Assembly (NCBI RefSeq): GCF_006345805.1 | Contig: NC_042997.1 | Span: 72,354,001-72,418,000, forward strand | Direction: 5' to 3' | DNA from: Octopus sinensis | Lineage: Eukaryota | DNA length: 64,000 nt | Shown: positions 44,585-54,619 of the stretch, piece by piece | How positions within the stretch are numbered: the stretch's first letter is position 1 | How the letters are laid out: every line of letters begins with the position of its first letter | The notes under the pieces: generated by a model | The model's input: only the letters and a program-made list of their open reading frames with translations | Database searches by the model: none | Told to the model about the DNA's origin: nothing | Made by a program: the position numbers and the translations under genes

Positions 44585-45960
44585 CATCATCATCCAGTGT
44601 TTTAAATCTGGGGTTTTGTCCCCGTTAACAAGGGTGGCCAGATCTACCTCAATGCCATAGCAACCGCCCTCACACCAACTTGCCCAGTTTTGGGCATCCT
44701 CCCTTCTCAAGTCAGCCCTTCCAATTTACCCACATTTACCTCAAACTCAAGCACCCTCCTCAGAACATGCTCTTCATTCCACCTCAACACATGTCCATAC
44801 TACTGCACACCATTCGCCCCAGTCAGCCATTCCACCAATTCCTCCAGCCCCAGCGTCCCCATCAAGTCTTCAGTCCTCCTCTTAACAAACAGTTTCACAC
44901 CACACATTTTTTTCACCATTGCTCTCTCGGTCCTTCTCAAAATTGCCATCTCTCCCCATTCATACACCATGTCACACTCCCATACAGCATTGCAGCTTTC
45001 ACGCAACTCCTATGACACTTCTTTTCATCTTCAATGAGAATCTTTTTCCATATAACAATGCTCCACATTCTCTGAACTTCACCCAGCCAAGCCTCACTCT
45101 TGCTGTCACAGCTGCTTCATCTCCACCCTATCTCCCAAACAACAAAACCCTCTCACTATTTCTGCCTCGTCACATAAACGTTTCCACTGGGTCCACCAGT
45201 CCTCCAGCTCCTTTCTCACATCTTCCCCAAATAAACTTTCTTGCCAGTCTTAGGGGTCACCTTCATTTCCGTACATCTACCATGGATCCATTTTTTACAT
45301 CTCGTACACAACACCGCATTTGCCATTACACTCCTCCCACATACACCACATGGATCCATTTTACTCACTAACACTTCTCCTTCCACACCACTCACCATCA
45401 CCTTTATCTTCCCAAAGTTTACTGTCAAACCCTTGCTTTCAAATGCCTCCTTCCATTTCCAAAACTTCTCCTTCAATCTCTCCATTGTCTCACTCATCAG
45501 AACAAGGTCATCAGCATACAGTATCTTCATTATTAATCCTTCACTTCCACTCTCTGTCACCACATCAACCACTATTGCAAACAACAACAGTGACAACACA
45601 AATCTCTGATGGACACCAACTTTCACTGCAAACTCCTCCGACATCTCTAATCCAATTCTAACTCGTCTTTACCACCATCACTGCTCTCACTATTACCTCT
45701 AGTACACCTCTCTTCCTCAATGCACACTCAATCACTTTCCTTAAAACCCTATCAAATTCCCTTTCCAGATCAACAAAGTACATATACAACCCCTTCTCCT
45801 TATCTCAGCATTTCTCTTGCAATCTCCTTACAATGAAGACTGTATCTATTGCCCAACTTCCTGGCATAAAACTAAATTGCATCTTGTCCACATCCACCCC
45901 TTTCCAAATTCTCTTCTCCAACACCCTTTCCACTATCTTCATTGCATGCTCCATTCTGTC
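44585..45960 (-). mobile_element. RTE LINE (second subfamily), degenerate RT plus 3' end
   Basis: SEEFAVKVGVHQRFVLSLLLF..ILYADDLVL..AFESKGLTVNFGKIKVM..CGVCGRSVMANAVLCTRCKKWIHGRC; (GAT)-like tail near 44590. Confidence 0.88.
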
Positions 45961-46336
45961 ATGAAATTTTTTATTCAATGATCACAGCAAATAACTAAGA
46001 AAACAAGAAAACAGATTTTTTTGGCTTTACATTGTGCAGTTTTCTGGTTTGGAGGAAACCTAGTATTATGGGGGAAATAATGCAGTTGGCAGTCAGTTTC
46101 TTGAGTGAGAGTCAGAATAATTTGGCATAATTCATTATTTCAAACACTAAGTATACACTGTTCATAACAAATGTACATGTTACTTTTTGTTTTTTTAAAT
46201 TTAAAACATCATTCATATTTCAATAGTCCACAACAAAAGAAAATAATGTCCTACCAGCCATGATAATCCAAGCAATATACAATGTATATTAATACATACA
46301 CACTCAATGTGTGTGTGTGTGTGTATCTACTTATTC

Positions 46337-46835
46337 ACTTGCCCTTAATATAAATTTATTAATTTTACCTTAACTGGTTAATATAAATTTATTAATTTTA
46401 CCTTAACTGGTTATTACAGGCTAACTACCTGATAAAATCATATATAGATTTTATCCTAAATTTTAAAATATATATAATTTCACCTAAACCAAAATTATTC
46501 ACTGCTGAATTATTTGGTTGTTCACATATGGCTGAGATAAACTACATTTTTGAATTTTAATTTGTATATAAGTACAAACAGCTGTATTTACGATGTGAAT
46601 CTGTTGTGTTCCTGTGCTATGCATAATTGTTCGTATTTATGTGCATTGGGTTATATTACACTGACGATGGAAAATGGGAATTTCCCCCATAATCCTGAAA
46701 TCAGTTGATAAGTAATTGAACCTTTTGTGCTTATTCCTCTGATTTCGACACGTGTTTATTATGATAGTTAAGGTAGTTTAGAGCCATTTGGTGTCTTCCT
46801 TTAGCATGTAGTTAAGCCTGTGTACTTACTTGCCC

Positions 46836-46843
<8 letters not shown>
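46337..46843 (+). mobile_element. Short PLE-like element with 16-bp direct terminal repeats and a decayed hammerhead-like motif
   Basis: ACTTGCCCTTAATATA at 46337-46352 and 46828-46843; internal ~33-bp tandem duplication; CTGACGA..GAAA at 46661-46700. Confidence 0.5.
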
Positions 46844-46893
<50 letters not shown>

Positions 46894-47085
46894 TAGACTA
46901 CCCATGACCTGTTGGGTCACCAGGAAACTTTGAGTTTTCCATCAACGGAGTTTTGTTTTGTGGGTTTTTTTTCTTTTCCAAGTTATTCAGATGCTTTCAA
47001 TGAATGTGACATCAGAATCACATGTCAATGGCTCCTTTACCCAGAAAAGAAAGGATTTGGCTGCTATTTCAGGGTAGCCTGCCTT

Positions 47086-48670
47086 TTCTCTTTATTATAG
47101 GCACAATGGCCTGACTGAAGAGGGGACATAACAATACAATACAGGACATGGGGGACAAATAATAAAAATAAAAAGATATGAAATGAAATGAATTATTAAC
47201 AATGAATTAAATGAAATGGCTTACGAGCCCCCCAAAGCTTGCAGTTTCATTTATATTACAGTTATACTATCTGGGGTGTTCGTCCGTAATGTAAACGAGT
47301 AATTCATCTTGCTCTATAACTCCAGGCAAACTGTCATATCGAACGTAATACTTTATGGTTACAACTGTATCTGAAAACAAATTTTTAAATTTATTTACCA
47401 TCTCTTTTTCCACTATTGCAGCCTTTGTTTTGTCATCGTACACCTTCGGGTTCAATTTCACTCTCATTAGATTCTTCGTTGCTGCTAATTTTTTCTCAAT
47501 TTCTTTATCTTTTGTGTACAATATTACAGCTCTGAGATTCTTTCCTTTAGGTCTTCCTCCTTCCTTGCATGTTTTCAGACATTCTTCCACTTTTGTTGAC
47601 CATTTTACCGCTTCCTCCCACCTTGAACCTCTACTCACTTCAGTTGCTGTATCTCTCTCTTCGTGCATTCGATCCTCTGTCTCGTCAGCATACTTCTTTT
47701 TAGTTTTTTTCTTTTTTTGGTCTTTGGGTGGTGATTCCACCCATGTTCGCTTTCTATCCTCTTTTTCTTCTGTTCTTTCCTCTTCTCTCTCCTTCACTAA
47801 CTCGTCGTCACTTTCCATATTATCTCCTAAGTCCTCTGTCAAAGCTCTTATTGCTTCCTCCAGTGTCATCTTCTTCTCTTGTATTTCTCCTTCAGGACAC
47901 ACATATTTCATGTGCCCTCTTTTCTTACATTTATAACACACTGGAGGTCTCCCCTCCACCACCACTCTCAGACGTGTCTCGTCGGGTAACACTAACTCCT
48001 CCGGGATGTTATACAAATCTGGCATGGTTATGTGGACCACATAACCCTACCAGTTTATTTCATTCAACTTTTCCACCTTAAGTATATCCACGTTCTCCTT
48101 GCAGTTGTAGATTATTGCAGCTACTATTCTTTCGGTATCAATTTCCGGTGGGATTTTGCTTATTCATATCCTCACTGCTCTTTTTCCACAATAACTAGGG
48201 AGTAAAACCCATTTTTCCGATCTCAACACTGTCGTTGCGTTCCTTTTCGCTTCGTCTTCATTTTCGAAGCGAACGTCTACCGTAGCATATTTTCTACCTC
48301 TATTGTAGAAGGTAGTTCTTCCTTGTAGACACTTTTCAATCTCTTCCACCACTGCTACTTCTATTGAGACCACATTCCATGTTCTGTATGTTATGATCTT
48401 TTTCTCTGCTTTTTTCACTTCGTCTTCAGGTGGTGTAACCCTCAGACTCCTTCCTTCTTGAAGCTGTCATAGTATTTCCACAAATTTTCCTTCTCAATAA
48501 TTATTTCTTCCAACTGTAACTCGTTCGCAGCCAGGCTTTTGCCTGCTGCTCCCGCATAAGTTTGGGCTTGCATACCCAACAAAGAATTCAACAACTCAAC
48601 AGCTTTCAACAACAACAATCAACAAAACTCAACTCACAACCGTAAATCCGAAAAACCGACACAAACACAG
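47086..48670 (-). mobile_element. ORF1-only non-LTR element (L1/Tx1-type ORF1 with CCHC zinc knuckle)
   Basis: ORF1 from ATG 48573 to stop 47267 (~435 codons, one frameshift, three stops): TYAGAA, RRM-like KYATVDVRFENEDEAK, VVVEGRPPVCYKCKKRGHMKYVC. Then a ~180-nt 3' UTR ending AATAAAGAGAA; 18-bp direct repeats on both sides. Confidence 0.8.
47267..48573 (-). pseudogene. Disrupted ORF1 (gag-like nucleic-acid chaperone)
   Basis: Track ORFs 48164-48418 and 47267-48040 are in one frame, separated by single TGA/TAG stops; CX2CX4HX4C knuckle. Confidence 0.8.
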
Positions 48671-48823
48671 TTCAGGGTCGCCTGCCTTGCTCGCTGAGAT
48701 GACTGCAACCTCTCTGCAAATATATCATATCAGTAAAATTTATTTACTGATCACCGAAATTAAAAATATTGAATTTTTAAATGTCTCAGAGAGACATAAG
48801 CGGTGGTGGAGCGATATAGTGGT

Positions 48824-49053
48824 CGTATACTGTCAACTCAATGTGACAGTCCTGTAAGGACTCAGAAACATATGTCTTCTACACTCAAAAACATATGTCC
48901 TCAGGTGCCTTGTCCCGGCTTGCGGAGGTGATTGCCTCCCCTTTTCAAATATAAGGACACAGAAAATGTGTCAAAGCTAACGAAGTTTCCTACGGCTAAA
49001 TGGCGGTGGTGTAATTCCCTTACGGGACTGTCACATTCAGTTGACAGTATACG
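48824..49053. mobile_element. MITE with 36-bp TIRs (Tc1/mariner-type TA ends likely)
   Basis: cgtatactgtcaactcaatgtgacagtcctgtaagg vs reverse complement cgtatactgtcaactgaatgtgacagtcccgtaagg (2 mismatches); 230 bp, no ORF. Confidence 0.85.
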
Positions 49054-49584
49054 AAAATAGAAACATTTACTGTCAAAAGAAAAAAAGCGTATTTTTCCGT
49101 TGCCAAGTCTCTGTATCTAATTGAAAGATAAGAGTTTCTTTCCTTTCAGGGTTAAGATTATTATCAGAATACTTTCCCATTATGCACCGTTTTGGGTATT
49201 CATACCCCGCAAACCTCTAATATCCGAAGACACCACTTGTCCAATTTACGCGAAATTTGTTTTATTCTGTTCATATTAACATTTCAGGGTAAACTTAATT
49301 CATAGTATTCTCCCATTATGTGCCAGTTTGGCTGGGTAACACTGCAAGCAAGCAAAGAAGACTCAAACTGACTTTTAATGTATTATAGATATAAATCATT
49401 CATTTCGATTAACATCTGTTTCCTGTGTTAACATGGCTTAGACAGACGTAAATATTAAGGCAAGGTTTTTATGACTAGATGCATTTCTTGTCACTAAACT
49501 GTTTTCAGAAGAATTTGAGAGCATATTCAATGAACAATTTCAGTGACAAGAAATATCAATAAACATTTCATTCTTCCCTTGACT

Positions 49585-50250
49585 ACACCTTTTTCTTGCA
49601 TTTGGACACAATTTTTTATCTGTCATCATTATCTTGGAGATTTTCCAAGTGGGCTCTTCTGATCTCTTGTAAACTACCTGACAACTGCAATGGTCCACCT
49701 ATTGTCTGCAAGCCTCGCAACATGTCCATTCCAGCAGAATTTGTGCTTTTAGAATTCCTTTCTTGAATTACTTTGTTTTGGTAATACTCCTGCAAATGTA
49801 TTCCTAGCATGGATCTTTCCATGACTCTCAGTGCTGTATCCGGTATTATTTTTCCTTATTCTTCACAGCCAACGTCTCATTTGCATACAGGAGCACAGAT
49901 AAAATAGTACTAATGAAAGTGTCTTGCAGATTTGGACTTGAGCATGGAGATCAGTTGTGCATTTAAATCTGAGCACAGCTTTAAATAAGGCAAATGCCTT
50001 CATACCTGCTCTTACTCTGCACAAAATTCCAGTGTCCATACCTCAGCATATATTTACTGTCTGTCCCAAATAGATATATTTCTTCACCTCCTCAATTTCA
50101 TCACTTTCTGTAACAATTCAGCCTTTTCAAACAGCATGTATTTTGTTTCCACATGGTTTATTTTGAAACCTACGGCTGATCTCTGAACCCTGATATCTTA
50201 ATAACAAGAAATAGGCCATGGCATATCAGGTGACTTGCCCTGAATTCTGA
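49585..50250 (-). mobile_element. Degenerate RTE-like LINE RT C-terminal fragment
   Basis: EIEEVKKYIYLGQ..., LPVLSYGxETL, MERSMLGIHLQE..., CRQ*VDHCSCQ; stop-riddled. Confidence 0.65.
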
Positions 50251-51564
50251 CCAATCATATTTCAAACACATCATGTGACTGCATGATTTGAATAGAAATT
50301 TCAGATCTTTTCCTTTTCATGGGCAGCTCGATTAACTAAACACTTTGAAACTTCGTATACTGGTAGAATCTGTCAAAAAGAATATCATTTTACTCTTAGC
50401 ATTGTTGAGAATGAACTGAAGTTGCTAAAGAAAGCTTAAATTATTGGCAGTTGTTCTGGTTTAAAGGATAGGACTTAACTGATATTGTTCAAGTTAGGTC
50501 CAATTTTGGGGACAAGTTATTGTCATGGTTCTGATGACAAATTTCAACAAACCTGAGGTTAGGTATTGCTGTGAATTGGAGGCATACAGCACAAGTTCTT
50601 GGAAATGTTGTATATGGAAATGAACATGAGCACATACAAAATACAAGTATCTGTCTATACATATGTGTGTGTGATAGTGATGATATATACACACACACAC
50701 ACACACAAAGTACAAGAATCTGCATATACATGTGTGTATGTGTGTGTTTGATGATACACACACACTCACACACATTATTTATGTCCATACTAGCATGGAC
50801 TGGACAGTTTAACAGGATATGATGGGCCCAATGATAGCATCATGCTCCTGTACCTGCTTTGGCATGGTTACAATGACTGGATACTCTTTGTAATGCCAAA
50901 CATTTTACAGCATATACTGGATGGTTTTTTTTTTTTCATGCTATCAGTACAATTGAGGTTATCATGCAACTCACAAGGCAATGAACCCTGATGAGGGAGT
51001 CAGCATTATGCAAGGGAAGGAAGGATTGAAGTATGAGAGGTGGGGAGGCAGAGTAGGTTCTTGTAGAGAAGCTACATGGCTACTTGAATTTAGGAGAAAT
51101 AGTGACAATGATCAGTAGCAAAGTAAAATAGTGGTGATGGGGTATTCAGGTGGCTTCACAAGGCATTGAGATAAACTTGAGAACATCATACTGCTAACAC
51201 ACTAATCAGCAGAACAATAACAGCCATAATCCTAAGGCAGTCATATGGTTAAATAAATCTATATTTACCTCTCATACCCCATTTTGTTTTTATACGCTCC
51301 TCACAAAATAATTTAATCACTCAGATTTTCTGGATGTGCATGGATGCTTTACATTAGATTACTTTGTAATTGATTATGATGTGGACTGATAGCTGAGTCT
51401 GTATGAGGGGCTTACTGTTATAGTAACATGATTCTCTGAATCCATATCTTATACTACTCATTTACACACACATACATATATACATGTACATATGTGCACA
51501 CACATATATATATATATATATATACACACACATATATATGCATATATATATATACACACACACA

Positions 51565-51601
<37 letters not shown>

Positions 51602-51628
51602 GAATATATACATACATGTATACATATA

Positions 51629-52645
51629 TCAGGTCATCCCATAAGTACTGTCCGAATTTTGAATAAAGAAAACAAGTGATCAAATGTTATATTTAATTGA
51701 AATTTAATCATCGATATACTTTCTCTGATTATCTATGACTTTCTTCCATCTATTTACAAGCTTTTTAATCCCATCAATGTAAAACACTTTTGGTTTCAAA
51801 GAACTCTGAAATGTCAGTTTCCACCTTGTCCTGGCTTACGAAAGTTATGTCCCCCAAATAATTCTGTAAACTACGAAACAAATGGTAGTCCGAAGGTGTA
51901 TGGTTGGGAGAATAGGGTGGATGAGGAATTTTTTGCCAGCTGAGCTCTTCGATCTTCTGTGATGTGATCTTTGGAGTGTGGGGGTCACACATTATCCAGA
52001 TGAAACATCACTCCTTTTCGAGTCACTAAAGCAGGTCTTTTTTTCTTCAAAGCTTGGTTCAAACGCTCCAATTGCTGACAGTAGACTTGAGCACTGATTG
52101 TTGCATTAGGTGGTAACAATTCAAAGTGAATTACTCCTTTGCAATCCCTCTAGATACAGAGAAGAACCTTTTTTCCATAAAGTTCCCTTCTCGGTTGTGG
52201 TTGAGCTTTTTCCCTTTTACCTAGCCACTGTTTACGACGTTTAACATTTCGATAGAAGATCTATTTTTCCTCACCATTCACAAGTCTATCCAAAAAGGGT
52301 GAAATAAATTCACAAGAATGGAGATAAGGGCAGATGTCAACTCACGATTTGCAGTTGCTTTCGTACAATTCATGAGGCACCCATTTTCCAAGTTTAGGAA
52401 CCTTTCCAAGCTGTTGAAGATGAAAACAAACAGTTGTATGGTTTGAACTAAGCTTTATTGCCAATTTTTCAACTGATAATGCAGGATTTTCTTCAAGTAA
52501 TGCCTCAAGGAGCTTATCATCAAACTCAACTGGACATCCTGTTCGATCTTCATCTTCAAGGCTGAAATCTCCACTACTGAATTTTGCAAACTCTCTTCTG
52601 CAAGTTCTTTCATTCAAGCATTCTTTCCCATAAACTAAGTATACA
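51629..52645 (-). mobile_element. 5'-truncated mariner transposon (DD34D type)
   Basis: One TIR ta|tcaggtcatcccataag. Transposase remnants FSSGDFSLEDEDRTGCPVEFD, LGKWVPHEL, GVIHFELL, HPPYSPNHTPSDYHLFRSLQN. Confidence 0.9.
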
Positions 52646-52995
52646 ATGTAAAGAAGAAAAAAAACGATTTGAACACCTGGAGGAAAGCACCATTGAAAAG
52701 TGTCTTGGTGTGACTATGAAAGATATCAAGTATCTAACCAGAGGCAGTAAATTCGCCACAATAGAAGTAAGGTTTGAGTCAACAGAGCATGCAAGGGAGT
52801 ACTCGACTCGAACCTTGCAAAGTGGAAATATTTTATTTTTACCTTTATATCTGGGACGTAGGACATTCTGGATAAAAATTAAAAATGTCCCTCCCAGAAG
52901 TAGAGGTAGGCTGGATTGTAGCCACTCTTCTATACAAGAGGGAGGACAAGATACAATTGATTGAAATTGCAAGAGAGGGGCCTAAAATTCCAGTC
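52645..52995 (+). mobile_element. Fragment of a divergent ORF1 related to the 47086-48670 element
   Basis: IEKCLGVTMKDIKYLTRGSKFATIEVRFESTEHAREYSTRTLQSGNILFLPLYLGRRTFWIKIKNVP(fs)PEVEVGWIVATLLY aligns with IEKCLQGRTTFYNRGRKYATVDVRFENEDEAKRNATTVLRSEKWVLLPSYCGKRAVRI*ISKIPPEIDTERIVAAIIY. Confidence 0.8.
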
Positions 52996-53006
52996 TGTTA
53001 TATATG

Positions 53007-53049
53007 TACTAGCACTATGACCCGGCAACGCCGGGTCATCATGCTAGTA
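53007..53049. repeat. GC-rich palindrome with CTAG at both ends (Helitron 3'-end-like)
   Basis: TACTAGCA-ct-ATGACCCGGC-aac-GCCGGGTCAT-ca-TGCTAGTA. Confidence 0.7.
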
Positions 53050-53169
53050 TATATATATATAATTAAAGTCAAAATGAGGGTGAAAAAATTCGATATTAAT
53101 TTAATAACATCGATTTAAACACCAGTGGCCTAGCGTATAAAACACTGAGATTCAGTAAATATTATTAAT

Positions 53170-53343
53170 ACACAACTATAAGAGAGAATCAACTATGTGG
53201 ACGCTCTTACGCTAGATATAGATCCGCAAAGGGACTCAACCACTAAGAATTGTTCTCAAGGAGAACAATTCTTAGTGGTTGAGTCCCTTTGTGGATCTAT
53301 ATCTAGCGTAAGAGCGTCCACATAGTGGATACTCTCTCATAGT

Positions 53344-53348
<5 letters not shown>
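53170..53348. repeat. Near-perfect 88-bp-arm hairpin, 3-nt loop
   Basis: Arms 53170-53257 and 53261-53348, 4 mismatches; loop AAG. Confidence 0.95.
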
Positions 53349-53396
<48 letters not shown>

Positions 53397-53399
53397 GTA

Positions 53400-54155
53400 T
53401 AAATAAATAAATGGAGTTTAACACAGGTGTAATTCAAATTCTTTTACTTCCAACACATGTTTCAAAGATATCACTGATATTATTCCAAAGGAATAAAATG
53501 GTGGAAAACAATGTAATCTTCTCTTCAGGGAAATGAAGAAATGAAACTCATCAATAAGACATTTTAACCGAAAATTATGGATATATATAGTGATTAACTG
53601 AACACTATTAATATTGTTTCAAAAAAACGTTATAGGATATAACATCAGAGGTAGCCTATAGAAAGAAGAGAGATAAAGTAAAGAAAAACTAAATAAATGA
53701 GAAATATATGACTTTATGTATATTAAATAAAACCTTATAGACTAGGAAAAATATATATATAGTGAATGTGAATTATAAAAAGAAAATTAATGTTTGAATT
53801 ATATATAATGATAGGGATCACTTATATGAACTGAAGGTGTGTTTATGCCGATGTTTACATCGGTATGCACGCTCTATAACCGTGTTTACAAGGGGATTTT
53901 TAGAAAAAGGAATGAAAAATAGTTCAGAATTACAGAGAAGACAGAATTCCTCCCCTTTGTCATAAGGTATCAGATTGAGAGAATCTGTAAATTTCAACTA
54001 TATATAGTTGAAATTTACAGAAAAACAAAAGACGAAGACTGGTGTATAAACAAGAAGCAAGTGTATTAGTTTGATACTCAGGAAGGTGAGAAAGTCTTTT
54101 ACATTTTGATCCTACGCTCTTCAACAGAAAGGAACACGAGGAAATATATGTAAAT
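53400..54155 (-). mobile_element. Penelope-like 3' fragment: GIY-YIG C-terminal half, 3' UTR and hammerhead-like motif
   Basis: YISSCSFLLKS..HLPEYQTNTLASCLY..(fs)PYDKGEEFCLLCNSELFFIPFSKNPLVNTVIERAYRCKHRHKH; ttccCTGAAGAgaaga..tcttTGAAACATGT at 53532-53455. Confidence 0.75.
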
Positions 54156-54161
54156 ATATAT

Positions 54162-54224
<63 letters not shown>

Positions 54225-54385
54225 TTAATTCTCTTTTTGCATAGAGGATATGTTCCAGAGACTACTGTACAAAATATAGTGTCCATATGAAAATTAGAGA
54301 TAGGTTTCATCCAAATATATTTGATTAAAAAAATGTTAATTTTCTTAGACAAATAAATTGAATTTTTTTATTTATACATACATAT

Positions 54386-54451
<66 letters not shown>

Positions 54452-54619
54452 TATATATATATATATATAACAGAATCATTCAGTTATTCAGTGTCACTAC
54501 TAGACAGTAAATGTGCACGCCTTCTGTTGTTTTTCAGTGGCACAAATTCACTCTCATCACTGGAAATATTTAATGCCGATATATCTTCATGTGTATCTTG
54601 AATAAAATTAACATGTGTT

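Noticed and set aside
44160-46270. Candidate ATG-containing first exons (ATGG|GT at ~44170 and ~44365, ATG..TG|GT at ~44250-44312, ATGGCTG|GT at ~46252)
   Set aside because: All end in phase 1 or 2, whereas the next exon needs phase 0; no similarity to the CSN1 N-terminus.
47355-47936. 193-aa plus-strand S/F-rich ORF
   Set aside because: It is the antisense shadow of the K/E-rich ORF1.
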